From contig NW_002060952.1 of NCBI RefSeq assembly GCF_000150275.1, forward strand, positions 332,482-396,481: a DNA stretch of 64,000 nt. The letters run 5' to 3'. The translations under genes were made by a program, and so were the position numbers. The stretch is from Trichoplax adhaerens (Eukaryota; Animalia; Placozoa). This document shows, one piece after another, positions 24,368-39,339 of this stretch. Every line of letters begins with the position of its first letter. Position 1 is the first letter of the stretch. The notes under the pieces were generated by a model. The model did no database searches and was not told the DNA's origin. It saw only the letters and a program-made list of their open reading frames with translations.

Positions 24368-27300
24368 ATGAGTGAAAATACGGAGGAAAGTGATGAAATC
24401 GACAGCGAAAGGTAATGCTACAAAGGACATCCATCAGTAAGAGTAGTCTCGATCGATTGACACTGTTGCTTTCAAATAAATATTGACTTGTATAGACAGT
24501 AGACGATTATAAAGAAACGCCCTTGAAGACTAGGCTAGAGTAGAATGAATTAAACTCTTCTCCACCGAGCTGACTTGATGGACTATTCTATTTTACAGTA
24601 GAGAGAGAGAGATACAAGCACACTACTGACCTTCTCCACTACTCTACGCATATTTTCAACCTAGTCACTATATAGGCACTGCATAATATGAAAGTCGACA
24701 ACAACTATAATACTATTTTACTCATATTTCTTGTTACTGTAATAAGAGAGAAATTTATACAACTCTACGACTTGGACGTGTACTTCATATTAAGCCATCA
24801 AAATTATTTTCGATAGTTTCAAGTCCTAGCATGATTTGATTAATACTAATAAATAGGACAGGATTCAGATAGACTGATGGATTGAGGTTGAAAAGTGATA
24901 TACAGTATACGGTGCCGTAGGTTATTATTGTTGATTTCAGGTATACAAATGAATGCTTGCTTGCTTTCTGATCAATTCTAACTTGAATACTGTACTACTC
25001 CACTTGTATACAGCAAATGATCTCACTTCGTCGACTAGTATTGTAGGACTCATCAATCAACAATCTTACTGCATACAATCTAAGGCATGGATCTATAGGC
25101 TAGCAATTGCTTACTCAATGTAATCATGTTACCGTATAGTGCAATAGATATACAGTAGCAATGATTAATCTCGTCAGTACTCTACCGTATACCATCAATG
25201 TCCACCAGTAAATGAACTTTTTTGATGATAAATTAAAATGCAGCACTGATAGATTAAATTATCTACTACCCATTGCGCGATAATACCACGGCAATACCTT
25301 ACTTGCTGTCTACATCATGCAAAAATTCAGATAGTCCAGTCCATAAAACTAACAGACAGTTGTACCTTGTGCAAGAAAACTATGTACAAATTATATTATA
25401 GTATAATACTGTATATCGATAATCTACTGATAAAAAGGTTCAGCATATGAACCTTGAGACACCTTGGGACATGTGTAGAACTAGAACAGGATAGATATAG
25501 ATTGATTAATGTTGATATTAACTTTAAGAGAACGTTGCATCTTGAATAATCCTACATGTCTAATATACATAGTGTAGAGCTGGAACTGGAAATGCTAAAG
25601 GAGATTTATATAAATGAATTACAAGTGGAACAGCAATGCTCAAAGTAAGACATTATAAATAATATGCTACCAAAAACAAGCAAACATGTGAATAATATCA
25701 ATTGAACAATACAATTAATATACAAGAGTTTTCAACGTAATCATCATACACTTATTGCAGTCAGGTCGCCATAAGATTAATATTCCAACTTAATCCTGGT
25801 ACTGGTGATGATGCCTCAAAGCAATACGTCCGCTTAAAATTAGTAATTGATATTCCATTAAAGGTAACTAAAATGATAAATTAAGACTATATCTTTTTGC
25901 CATCTATGGATGATCATTGATCAAAAGTTTCTCGTCAAGTTCTTAAAAGTTTAAATAAAATAAATGGAATAGAGTCTTACTAGTCCATCTCGTAGAAGGT
26001 AATAAGGCTTTTTTTATAAACCTAATAACATGAACTAACACTCGCAGTTAAAAGCAATACTTTTTTGGTTGAACATTGAATTATACTCGTGTAGCTTTAT
26101 GATACCTATAATACATGAAACTGTAGTGATAAGAGTACTGAATTGATTTTACCCATACAAATCTTGCATGAGAAATTTTTAATCTCGACAGAATTTAATA
26201 CTCGAAATAATTATAATGCTGGTAATCTAGCCACATCTTACAGTACTAAGAACTGTTGACAAATTATCTTTCAAAAGTACCCTATAGAATCTCCCATTTT
26301 CAAAATTGAAAACCCACGAGGACTGTCAGAAGCTCACATTGCAAGGTAATATTTTCAGCTTTAATTTTTTGATAAATAACGTCATAAAACTGCTCATATA
26401 CGACGCAAGCACATCGATGAATTTCATTATGATAATCATGTTTAAAGCTATCGAACTTAAACTAATAACTCAGTATTTACTATCTGATTAATAGCATCTT
26501 GGCTAATTGTACAGAACTTGCGAAAAGCAGGGAAGGAGAATTAATCCTATTAGAATTAGTTGAGGTTATTCAATCACAGCTTTGTAATAACATTTCAAAA
26601 CCTACTTGAAATAATTATTCGAATACTTTATAAAATAAAATATGGTTTCATTCATTGCTGATTTTAGTACGTCAAAGACAGCTTAACTGCCAATAATATC
26701 CCTATATGCAAATGTGCCATTTGTTTACGCCATTTTATGGTAAAAGTAATATTTATACGTTCGCTTTTGAAAACTTTCTCGTATACTAAGATGATGAACT
26801 AACTCTAAACAAAATTTAATGTCAGGACGCTAGCAACTTTATTAAAACGGATTGCTACCATTACTTTCACAATGCATGCATTATGCGATACAAAAGGCAT
26901 CAAGATGATAATAATGAAGAGGTAAATTGACGTTGTCTTGTTTTAAGATTTTGGTCACGATTTTTCATCTGTATCTATAGGTAATTGAATGGACAACATA
27001 TATCACCTGATCTTTGCTCTTGTTCGTGATAGTTACTGTGTCCAATATGTAGGGAGCCATTAGATAACATTGATCTTGATGCATTCAAAAATTTATCACT
27101 TAAGGACGGCGATCAGACCGAAGTAAGTGGATCATCAAATATAAATGTATCTCGATGATATTACTGCAATTGCCTACAGTCTTCTATGCCTATTCTCTTA
27201 TACAAGACATTTATAATAATGTAGGAGGATGACAGCGAATATGTTCATAGTAAAGATTTTAAGTTATGGCAACAAGAAACCGCTAAAATTTATCAGAAAC

Positions 27301-27917
27301 AATTAGAAAATGGTGGTATAATTGACTTGGAAAAGGAAAAAAAGAGATTCTTAGTAACTGAAGCTACGGTAAGATGATCGTTGTTAAATGGATATCTATC
27401 GATCTGATTCTAATATCGAATTTAAATTTTATCACCATGCTATAAATTGAAATTATTTACAATCAAGACTTTATCACCAACAAGCAAACAAGTAGTAAAA
27501 TCAGGGGATGATTCAAGAGCTGAACTTAATACATCTTATGATCGTGTGTATGAAACTCCACGTAAGGAAGATTTTAAGGTGGAAGATAGAATTAGTAAAA
27601 CGCTTCCTCGCAAGAATATAACCGAATCGCACTCGTATCAATCTTTTAATCGATCACATAAACGGCACTATCGGTGGACATCTAAGAATGATTATGTTCG
27701 CTCAGAAGCAGAAGTGAATCGTGACAACAACTTAACAAGAAGCGAATTTCATACGCCTTCTAAACATAATTCTCCTCCAGCTCGGTCTGGTCAAGCTACA
27801 AATCGTGTATTTGATGATCATTCAAGCAAATCTAGTCGTTATCGTGGAAACAAAGGCGATAAAAAACACTACAGGTCACCAAATCATTCGAATGAATCAA
27901 AAGATCAGAACTTATGA
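24368..27917 (+). CDS. RNF25: E3 ubiquitin ligase RNF25/AO7 (RWD + RING-H2), 10 exons
   Basis: Spliced exons give ELEMLKEIYINEL, LNPGTGDDASKQYVRLKL, YPIESPIFKIENPRGLSE, LLELVE, LTANNIPICKCAICL, FIKTDCYHYFHNACIMRY, CPICREPL and YQKQLENGGIIDLEKEKKRF (the UbcH5-binding segment typical of RNF25). A basic low-complexity terminal exon ends at 27917. Confidence 0.92.
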
Positions 27918-29034
27918 TACTTAGCTAGTACAGGATATATATTGCAAAACGGTAAAATTTTTTTCATGTTATTTGCGTAGGTAACATTGATTAATTGTAG
28001 ATAATACTAGTACAGTCTCGCTGATGTAACATACGTGTATGTACGTGTAAGGAATGATTGTAAATATAAAGAAAATATCTAAATTTTTATATAAATTAAT
28101 TCCACCGACTTAGCTACTGACAGGCAATGTGTATTCAGTGTGAGTTTTAAGCCATCTCAGGTGGATATATTCTAATTGATAATGAATCACAACGTTGAAA
28201 CTTGAGTTATTATTTGTTTATACCTATTTCTGCAGATTGCTATAGTGTCATAATAGCTATAAAAGGGAATATCATTATCTTATTCACTTAGTAATATAGG
28301 TAGCATAGCATTGAAGCGTAGAATACAGTAACCAATTTTATTTTACACAAAGCAACAAAATTCATAATTATAATGTACAAAACATATATATTTGTTATAT
28401 ATGTCGTATATATATAAATTCGAATTTGTAGCACAAAAAATTCGGACAATATCTTAAAACTATACACTCACGATAGTGAATGACTGGTGATGCAGTTTAG
28501 TCGTCCATCTTTATTTTAAGTTGCTGCTATTATTACGCAGCACATCTGTGACAATAAAGTGATATCCTCAACACAAATGATATATAGATAAATGCTGATA
28601 TATTTTACAGAAATATCATATACAGCAAAAGATGGTCACTATTTACGTTATGAGAAACGAAATGACGCCATAGCAAAATCATGGCATCATTATACTACTT
28701 CTAATTAAGACTTATACGAGGTATATTATGCATGATTTATCAGGAGCAAAATAAATAAAAGATATGAAATATAACCGGTGATCTTTCTGAGCATTCGATG
28801 TGATGCGACAGTAAGAAGTCAAAATGATTATCAACTTTGGACTAGTGCAATTATTGACAATTCTTATGATATAACAATACAAAATCATGACATTGCTGAT
28901 CACATTTTTAAATACAGCACACAATTAATTCTTGTTATCATAAAAATTTAGTTTGATGCTAGATTAATTCCTAATCTTACAAAAAAGTTTGTAATAATGG
29001 AATAAATAATACGTTGTAAAATTTTCTATAAATG

Positions 29035-32000
29035 TTAAAAATTTGTAATTTCACTAAATGGATTCAAATATATCCGTTGCTCTTCAACACTTGGTTCCAC
29101 AACTTGAATGCAGTACCAGATTTTCTGAGAATGTAATAGTGAATGCGAATTGTCTAGTTCTAGGGTATCTATGATATTAAGAAATAGCACAACATTAGTT
29201 AATAAAATGGAGCAACTTTTTACGACTACAAGCTTACAATAACCGGGAAAGATACAGAAGCACCCATCACACGTTGGAGTACATTTAGCCTTCATAGTCT
29301 TTTGAGCAATCTATATTACATTGAAATTTTTAAAGCTATAAGTATAACACCTTAGATAATCATAGAAATATTTTGATAGACTAAATGCAAGTTATAAAAA
29401 GTAATAATTCGCAGAAGCTCATAAAAATAAATCGATAAGGATAATAGTTAGCTATAAGTGTTTATTAACAAAGTATTACAAGAGTGAAAACCATGTAACA
29501 ATTATTGATAAGATTTTAAAACTACAAATTCAAACTTACTACAGCGTCCTCATCTTTCTTGATAGGATTAGTCTTATCAGTGCCTTTATAGTATAATCCA
29601 ACGTTTATATAATTTGATTGGAATACGATTTCCCATCTGTAATATGATGTAGCATACTATCAATTATTTTATTTTCAAGCATTGCTACAAGATTACTAAA
29701 TAATACAATAGTTATCAGCTATCAAAAATTTATCCTCTGTTAAATTAGCACTATATGATTTATTTGATAGCAATTAATATACGGCATAAAGCAATCGTTA
29801 ATTTCCAGAAATGAAAACTATTAGCATTATGACCTAAGCATACATATTTAGTATGCCTTTTATCTTCACGCACAGTATATTTAAACACTCTTATATCGAT
29901 GAATTGCAAATACTTATATATGTATTAAAAGCAATCATAAACAGTTAGCAAATTAACAATAGCGTATAATTTCGATACAATATATACTTTTGCATGATTT
30001 AGATACGAGAAACTGCTAGAAATAATTTCTTCTTATCTAAAGCCTATATACTAATGCTATTCGTAGTAATTTATTAAATCCGTGAAAAAAGTAATGTATT
30101 TGTTATTGCCAAAGTTATTACTTATTGTGTATTATACAGCTTGTAAATTACATAATATCTGCTTAATAAAATATGGATATTAAAAAATAATAATAACTAA
30201 TTAGAGAATATTTCATTAACTTTAATATGTGAATTGTTTTAGACAGCTTTCAAAATTTCATATAACGGTAGCGCAACAAATGATTGTATAGCCTTAATCA
30301 CGTCTTAATCATTAAAAGATATTTTTCATAGGTTTGATGAAACATAAGCTGTTATATTATAATCTTTCGTATCATTAAAAATGAAACCAATAAGAAAAAA
30401 CAGGGTACATCGTTCAACCTTAATGTACTGCCAGCAACTGATATCTCCACGTCAATATCATAAACAGATTTTCTCCCAACACTGCATTCCTTCCACGTGC
30501 CAAAATGAAGCGATGGCAAAGCCTTACCATATAAATATTTGGGAATCTTATGCGGGTAAGCCAACTAGTTTATTAATATTGAATTATATTAAAAGTAAAA
30601 ATTAGGTATTGAAATATTAGACTGTATTGTGCCTACACTATAAGAAATTTTACCCAGCATCTACGTGTATTTTATATTTTACCCATTCCGAACAATTTGG
30701 ATCTTCATTAGTATCGGTTAAATTACCTCCATAGCAAGCTGGTACTACCTCAGCGCCAAGTTCATCTACAAGAACACTTTGATAATGATAATCTACTGGA
30801 CACAAATAATTATATCAGTTTGTAGTTAAATATCTATGTATTAATTATGCAGATATTTGTATCTATCATTCACTAGGACTGTTAAAGATCATCCAATTTA
30901 AATACTAAGTAGCATATGTTGGCACAAACGTACTTGGTAATATAACAGCCTTTTTCCGAAATTCCTTTATGAATAAGCTCTTATACGTCCAATAAAAGAT
31001 GTGAAAACTTTTAGGACATCGAATGATATAAATTTTCTCTATCATTCCCGGCCATATTTTCATGAATGCGTTACAGATCTGTCAATTTGAAAATTTTATC
31101 GTTCTATCAGCAATGTTATATTTGCTTTTCTTACTTCAGGATAATTATGATTGGATAAGATTGAACTTCACCTACCTGACTAAAGAAACTGTTGCCTACA
31201 AAATATAGCCAAAAAAATCGGAGAAATTATTAGTTTTAAATTTCGAAAGAAATAAAAGTATTTGAAATCATGATATCTGTGCACGAACGTTTATTATTCT
31301 TGTCATGCTTTACAACTTTAAATGATTCAATAGTAAAAAGGGATTCAAATAAATTAAAGTCTCGTAATAAATCTTTAAAATTCAATTTAACTGTATTCTA
31401 TCCTCTGATAGGGAATTAAGGATCAATATTTAATTGAAGGATGATCAATTACGAAATCTCTTATAATCTATATTAAAATGTTAAGCATGAACAATATCTG
31501 CACTAAATTACGCCATACATGCAAATAAGAAACAGCTACTGTTTTCTAAGATTTCTTATCCGCAACAATCCATCATTAGGATCGTTTTATATTTTGCGAC
31601 CTATCGATATGGTAGTACCAAAAATAAGCTTTCTCTAATTGTATGAAAATAATTTTCGTAGCGTTACAAATCGAAATTTATAACAAGGAAGATTAAAACT
31701 ATTACAGAAACTACACACAATGAGTCTACTATCAGGTTTATCCTTCCTGACATTTGCCCATTAAACGACTCTAAATACTGAAGATCTCCTATTGTCTATA
31801 GGAACGGTAATACAACGCTAGTCTCTCTCAGACGCAACTGAACCCAAACTTTATTGAAAAGTCAGATAATTTGTAGAAAATCAATACAAACATTAGTTAT
31901 CAGTACTTGGATAATATTATAAAACTAAGCAGCTATCCATTAAAAGAATGTATAATGTCATAGATAAATTAATTCTATGAAATGTAGTAATATCATGTTT

Positions 32001-32774
32001 GATTTACTCACCCATTTTTAAAGCGTTCCATAAGAATTTCATATCGAACAGGAACATATCAATGATAATAACAATTTTTTCCGGTAGGACGCATGGCTAC
32101 ATTTGTAGGAAAGGGAGCCATTAAAATAAATAATATAACACATTAAGTAACGACTTATAGAATTCTTATGTTATTTCAAATTGATATCTGAATACGAGAA
32201 AGTATCTATGACGACCCACTGTTAGATTGAGAAATCAAAAATGAACTACTTTAAAATACTCTTGAAGTAGACTCTTGGAAATTGTAGCGTAGCGTGCCTA
32301 ATACAGGATTATCGGCATAAGATCAAAGTCAATTTGTATTAATTTACCTGTTGACCAGATAGCTGGCTATTCTCAATATTTCTTTGAGTTCGTAGAAGAT
32401 AAGCTTGAAGATCACTTTCTGTAACTGCATTTGCCATACCGAAAACGTCTATATTTCCCAGTAATTCAACACGAACACGGTAATTATTCTTGCTCAATTT
32501 AGGCAGCCAACCTCCCGGATAGTAACTATCCAGAATCTATGAGTAAAATAGAATATCAGATTTAATTATCATTGTAAATCATTGTTATAAAAGTTAAAGT
32601 CTATCTAAGGCTATAATATACTTGCTTAGTGAGTTACAATAATAGTATAATCATTAGCTAAGCTGCAACGAAGTTCAAATAAGATGTGAGTACGCATACC
32701 TCTGATGATTTGATTGATGTTGATTGTTGATGATTTTGAGAATTTCCCAATTCTATAGGAGTTTTCCATGGCAG
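29035..32774 (-). CDS. SEC14L2/3/4-like CRAL-TRIO + GOLD lipid-transfer protein, 5'-incomplete model (10 exons found)
   Basis: In-frame exons: LPWKTP...SSE, ILDSYYPGGWLP...VELLGNIDVFG, IVIIIDM...FLW, a 20-nt microexon at 31176-31195, IWPGMIEKIYIIRCP, VPACYGGNLTD...CSEW, and GOLD exons GSTLRWEIV...VGLYY and GYYTLELDNSHSLL...WYCIQV. Stop is at 29035. No start or CRAL-TRIO_N exons were located. Confidence 0.85.
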
Positions 32775-32869
32775 CTAGTCAAGAACAGCGAGAATAGTCG
32801 TTATATACGGACATACAATTAAACTCATATCTCATAAGTACCAAACACGGCTAGACTTATATAACGTAA

Positions 32870-33790
32870 AATAAACCGACTATATTTAATGTATGAAAAG
32901 TTTATACCTAGCTAAATGTTTTAATTATCTTATCAATATTTAAACTGCCGTATTTAATACATGATAAGTTGATTCCTAACTAAATATGTTAGCATAGCTT
33001 ATCAATATTTAAGCCGGTTTTATTGAATACGTTTATGTCTCAGTAAATATTTTAATGTATCTCGTCAACGTTTAAAATTTGCTATATTGAATAATTGATA
33101 GCTTATATCTAACAAACAATATCAATGTGTCTTATAAACATTCAGCTACACTATTAGGAGATATTATAAACTTTTGTAACTATTAATTCATCAGACTTTG
33201 ATTAGCTCTTTCTTGTACACTTAAATGCATATGCTATCGAAAATATCAGTAGAAGAGATTTATCTATAAATTCGAAATACATGTCTTTAGAAGGCAATTT
33301 TATATACACCTTTTAGCAAATGTGTAGACCCTAATATTATATCTATATTTTCGAATGTATATTACATAAAGTATTTCTATCTACAAAGCTTAGTATATGA
33401 ATAGAGACCTAAAGATTCTAATAATCATTTCTCTGTGCACTTATTTTCTCTTGCTCATAAAAATTGATATTGTCATCTGGATGTTATAGTAGATCTAAGT
33501 TAACTTATTCAATACTAGATAATAAATTCATATCCACTAAAATGTTAATATGTCTTATAAATATTCAGCTTTATCACTAGATACGGCAATATTATAGACT
33601 TTTATAACTGAATATCCTATATATATAGTTTACGTAGAAGAAATATTAAAAATGATCCTATCTATAAATTCTAAATATAGTTCCTTCTAAAGCATTTCTA
33701 CCTACTTCATTTAGTGAATATGTAGATCTAAATATTCTTGAAATAATTAAATGTGTCTATCTTCTCCTAATCCTATAGATTACTATTCTT
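32870..33790. repeat. Degenerate AT-rich local repeats
   Basis: ttatcaatatttaa.ccg..tttatt.aatac units recur. A ~400-bp-offset duplication is seen at tgtcttataaa.attcagct (33128 vs 33551) and tatctataaattc.aaata (33260 vs 33659). Confidence 0.6.
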
Positions 33791-36749
33791 ATTCGTAAGC
33801 TATAAAAGTTCTAATCCTATAGTAACTATTTGCTGTGAATCATTTGAAATTACATTATCGTATAAATTGGCTAAATTCAAGTTATAGAAGTCATCAAAAT
33901 TAGTCTAGTTATATACTTCGAGTACTCACTGAATTAATAAGACTTCCAGGGATTGATATTTTCCTTAGTCCATTAACTAAGGATAATAAAAGAAAAAAAT
34001 TACTTTATTTTCGCATTTTAAAGAATACAGGTTAATGCGATATATATCAATTTTATTTTATGAGAACTTAAAAATAAGAATGGATAAATTCTTCTCCATA
34101 CTAATTTGCTAGACTATTTATACTATAATTATTTCAATCAAATCCGAAATCCCTTTCACCCAACCTATTATTCAAATTGAACTAGTTTAAAATAGTAATT
34201 ATAACAAACAATTAATCAAATCACATCCATCTAGGGATCACTGCTAAAGTAGTCTACGGGACATCATAAAAGTTATAGAACGCATCCTCAGTTAAAATAG
34301 CTAAGGCTATACGTAGTTATGATACATTAAATGCTGCAGAAAAGCGTTAGCTAGAATACATTAAGGATACCCCAAAAAAACTTCCATCATAATAAGTAGC
34401 AGAAATAAATAAAAAAGAAGAAGGATTTGCTTAGTTTTCTACGTCAGAAACGATCAATCTTAGGGCTATTTCCATTTCAAGAGTAGCTATTTAGGATTTA
34501 ATCACGGTACATATAATTTATAAATGTTTATCGTTCACGTCAAAATCATACTATGACATGGTACTAAAAATGGTTGTAGAGTTGTAAAATTCTAGAATCT
34601 CTATTCTATTACTGTATTTGCTGCAGTTAAGTTTGGCAATCCTATATATAACCTATTTTATTTAATGTGCAGAAATGGCGATTAATAAGTTTTTCCTTGT
34701 ATTAATATTCAGTCTAGATACGAAAGTTAATGAATCTACGATAGTCAAAGTGAAAACCTTAGTGATTTCATGCAGGTTCTGCAGTTTAAGGTTTCATTGC
34801 ATACTAACATATATTTAAAAAGCTTTGCAAAAGTTAATTCTTTAATAGAAAAGTATTACTTTTACACTGGTATCTACGTATTGCTCCATCATTCATGTGG
34901 CTATAATTGTATACAGCATCAAGACGTATTATAATGTAAGATTAGCTAAAAAATACTTTTGTACAATGTTTGAATATCTGGATAACATTTTTGATTACTA
35001 TTGTCCATAATGACACATTAAAAGAACATTGCATACTGCAACCTTAATCCAGTCGATTATCGAGTGAATAAGATATTAATGAATATTAGCACAACAGAAG
35101 AAAATAGTTTCATCAAAATCTGTCCAATTGAGCGACGCTACCTCACGAAAGTAAATCTGATCATTAATTTTTTATTCTATATGTATGTAGGTGAAGATCC
35201 AGTTTTGTATAGGTAATAGTTATTTCACCCATTTATACCGGTAAACTTTCTTTTACAGTATTAATCTTAAGTAAGGTATTATGAAGGAAATAGTTGCTAT
35301 ACCCTATTCATAAATGTGGAAAACGAGTCATGAAGTACTAATCTATTATAGAAATTACCCCCTTTCTGACAGAAAATTTTTGTTCTGCCATTTACTACTA
35401 GAATTGTATCGGCAGTACTTATAATATACTATTAGAAGGATGTAATTAGAGATTTTAAAAATAAAAAACTTTGGTCAAAAAATCTGCCCAGCATTTTCTC
35501 CATCTATTATAGTGGAATATGATCAGTAGAAGCTCTCGTTAAATGCTATAAAATGGTATCATCTAGACTCTACCTTCTATTCGCGGTATAGGATGGTTAT
35601 TTGATTGATGCAGCATGGATTTCTTGTCTTTTAAGCTAGAATTAGGTTGCCAAACGGTCGATACAAGAAATAACGAGCGAATCGTCATGATGATATTCAA
35701 GAAATGATAATAATACTTTGTAGTAGTAATGGATATTTGGTGTAATTATACGGATTTTAAAAGCTGCTTGTTTATTCATAAAAGTAGAATACACTGAATA
35801 GATGATAATAAGTGTAGTGATATATAAACTAGCACTAGCTAGCTATGTTTTTGCTAATTACTACGCTAATAGCAGTACGTCAAAAAATCACGGTTGGAAT
35901 GTTTTTATAGGATTGAGAATTTCAAAGAGCTATTATATAATATTACTCACCGTAAAGTATGTGTCTTGATAAATGATGCCCAGTGAAGTTAAAAGCTTTA
36001 TGTCTTGTTTGTGAATATAGCAATAGATCAATATGGCTATCAACACTATAATAGTGTTGTTAAGATGATTAAAGTTAATAGAAAGTACCGTTACTGTTGT
36101 TGGCAGGTGTATAATTCAGGGATTGCAAAAAGTTGAAATAAATTGATTAAAAGTAGTGATTTCTTAGATCGATGACTACAGTAGAGGAAAACACTGTTGA
36201 CTAGCAAGCGATAAATACATAATAATAAAATCTGTAAAATATATCCATGCAGATGTTGAAATAGGAGTGATTAATCATTAATAGCTAAATCGATTATCTC
36301 GCGCGATATATATATATATATATACATATATTGTATAGGCTGTACAGCTATTGCGCGCATATCAGTAGCCTTAACATACCGTATATAGAAAAATTTCGGA
36401 GTAAAGTAATAGAAAAAGGGCATGTACCTTATTATGTAAAGGACATGAATCATTTTCTATTTGTTACAAAATGTAGAATAGATTATTGTCGTTTTTATAA
36501 ATACAGAAAGATGATTCTTTAAGGAAATGTTATTTTCTCTCTATTAAAAGTTTATCGATACTCTCTAATCTAATTCATTTTAGAGGCAAAAGTAGATGTA
36601 TTAGCTCAGTAACTTATTGATAAAACTAGCGGTAAATCTTCACTTTAAAGCAGGTCAGGAAAATAATCAATTAGTACAACATGCTATCATTTTGCTAGCA
36701 CATCATCAAATATTACTGAAGCTTATTGTTTTACATCTATAGAGATAAG

Positions 36750-37034
36750 AATTTCCCACGATAAACGGCGAATCAGTAATCTAAATTTAATATCTGTATT
36801 GCAATACAATGTATACAAAAGTCATATGCCAATGACAGCAATTATTGCTCCAGCCATTTGCAATAATAGGAACCCTAGGGTAGAGATATTCTGTAATAGT
36901 AATAGGCATAAACAATAATTTAATATCTCTTATTGTAAATGGACATTTGACCGAATTTTATCTCCCTATGACTCCTAGACATCACGTCTCCACCAGTAAA
37001 TTTGTATCGGTTGATCTCTATTTCTTAATACAAT
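36750..37034 (-). pseudogene. Stop-riddled fragment resembling the linker/TM1 region of a class C (GABA-B-like) GPCR
   Basis: After an AG acceptor the frame reads IVLRNRDQPIQIYWWRRDV*ES*GDKIRS...ISTLGFLLLQMAGAIIAVIGI*LLYTLYCNTDIKFRLLIRRLS. This is a hydrophobic helix followed by a basic stretch, with in-frame stops. Confidence 0.3.
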
Positions 37035-37919
37035 CTGATTTATGTTTTCGAAAAATTTTTTTAATTATTTTTTTATAAGGAAATTAGATAGTATTTTATA
37101 CTATCAAAGACTCACTCTCAATTTTGATCATCATTTTAGCGGCCTTTGTATTTGATGTTGTAGTAAATAGATGGAGAATACGTTAATATAAAGCGGACGA
37201 ATACAAGAAAGAAAAGAAAGCATCAATTAAAAAATCGCAATTTGTAAGAATAGTAAAAAATAATCATCCTTTTGCTTTATGGCGTACGTTATAATGGAAG
37301 CAATGCTTGCGAAATATTCTAATCGAATTATCTATCATAAACAACATAAACCGATTATACGTAATTATTCTTTGTATAGACTTTAAGATTAGACATGTAC
37401 CATAGCATCCCTCAATCATGGACCATAAGTTGTTTTACAACTAGTTGTATCAAATAATCTATCTTTATTTTTATATTATTAATAACAGGTTGCCCCAATT
37501 GGCACCGATATTAAGCACGATATTTAAATATAGATAAATATGTTACAAAATATGCATATAGCTTAATCGAATTTTTAATGATGGTTTATTCAGTGATCTT
37601 CGTTGATTATAAACTGAAACATGTATCATATCATTTCTCAATCATTTTCATAATTCGCATTTATAGTTAATTGCATCATATCATTTATCTTTTTTGTATT
37701 ATTTAATAGCAGCTTGCTACAATTCACTACGATAGTAGGCAAGGTATACAAATAAATGCAGATATAAATTCATAGTGCACCTTCATAATTCTAACGATAT
37801 ATGTTCAGTAATCTTTATTATCTAATACAGACGTAAATTTACGGTTTAATTTACTTTAAAAGAACTATATTTGCAGTAATCAATAAAGAGTTTATATATT
37901 TTAATACGGAAAAAATGAT

Positions 37920-38610
37920 GGCATAAATCATGAAGAAGGCCTTTATATAAACATATCATATATATATAAATATAGCCGTTTATGTTCTCCTTTAGTTATT
38001 AATGATAACTACGAACGTCTATATCCATACCCTAGGCGTTGTAATATTAATCATTGTTGTTTATGGAAGAACTGACGTCTTAAAATGCCATAGTGGTGCA
38101 AATTGTAAAGAATACCTGTATACAAATGTATCATATATATAAATAATCGGTCAAGTTCTCCATTGGCTATTTATAATAACTACGAACGCCTTTATCCACA
38201 CCCTAGATATTATAATATTAATCATTGCTGCCTATAGGAAGACTGGTATCTTTGAATGCCGTGGCGGTGCAAACTATAAAAGAATGCCCTTATGAAAACG
38301 TATCATATATATAAAAAGCCGGTTATATGTTCGATTAGTTAATCATACTAACTACGAACGCCAATATCCACACCCTATGCGTTGTAACCTGTAATATTAA
38401 TCATTGCTGCTCATAGATGGAATATTATCTTAAAATGCTTTAGTGGTGAAAATTATGAAGAACGCCCATATATAAATGTATCATATGTATAAATAGCCTG
38501 TTGTTTTCGGTTAGTATTCATAATAACTAAGAACACCTAAATCCACACCCTAGGGCATTGTAATATTTATCATTGCTGTTTATAGAAGGAATAGTACTTT
38601 TAAAATGCTC
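37920..38610. repeat. Diverged tandem array, 4 x ~172 bp
   Basis: The aactacgaacg..atcca.acccta.g anchors are at 38007, 38178, 38350 and 38525. Confidence 0.9.
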
Positions 38611-39339
38611 ACTTTCTTGTAAGCTTAATTTTTGTCAAGTGATGAGTATTTGCAGTAAATATTACACGACTATCTTAATGATATCTTGCCCATAACGTTT
38701 CGTTTTATATCCCATTTTTACTACTTTAAGATCGCTCTTTTATGGAACTTTAGTAGATGTATTCGATTATTTCAAGATCTTTATGAGCTATTTAAAACTA
38801 TGATGTCAAATTTAGCTAATTCGGTAATATAATAATCGATTGTTGATAAAAATAGTAATATTGATCAAATAAACAATTTTAAGAAATATCAATATATGCC
38901 ACTTTATGACCAGATGAGAGTTCAAAACTAACTATGCTTGTAAGATAGCCCGAAACAGTAACTCTTAGAGTAAAATATTGCTAAAGAGTGTATCGATATT
39001 TGTCCTACGTAAAGATTCAATTTATTTTAATGAAATAATTTTCTTACCAACAAGTATGCAGATAATATACGGTATTAAATCAGGCAAAGTAAGATCCCAA
39101 AATTATTACTGATGCAATACGAAGCAACAACAATTTTTGCATAAAGTACTATATTACAGAAATATCGATATACACCTTATATAGTACATAAAATTTTAAC
39201 CAAATAATTCACTCAGTAACCTTGTAGATGATCTACAAATAATAAACAACATTACTTCCTGAACTTAGTCCAATTTAGTGAATATTAAAACTACTACACA
39301 CATCGTAAGCCATTTGATACTTAGAGCCCTATATAAGCA

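Noticed and set aside
34361-34370. Perfect U12 donor GTATCCTT on the minus strand upstream of the SEC14L paralogue
   Set aside because: There is no convincing coding exon before it and no properly spaced U12 branch site at the 32774 acceptor, so it is probably chance.
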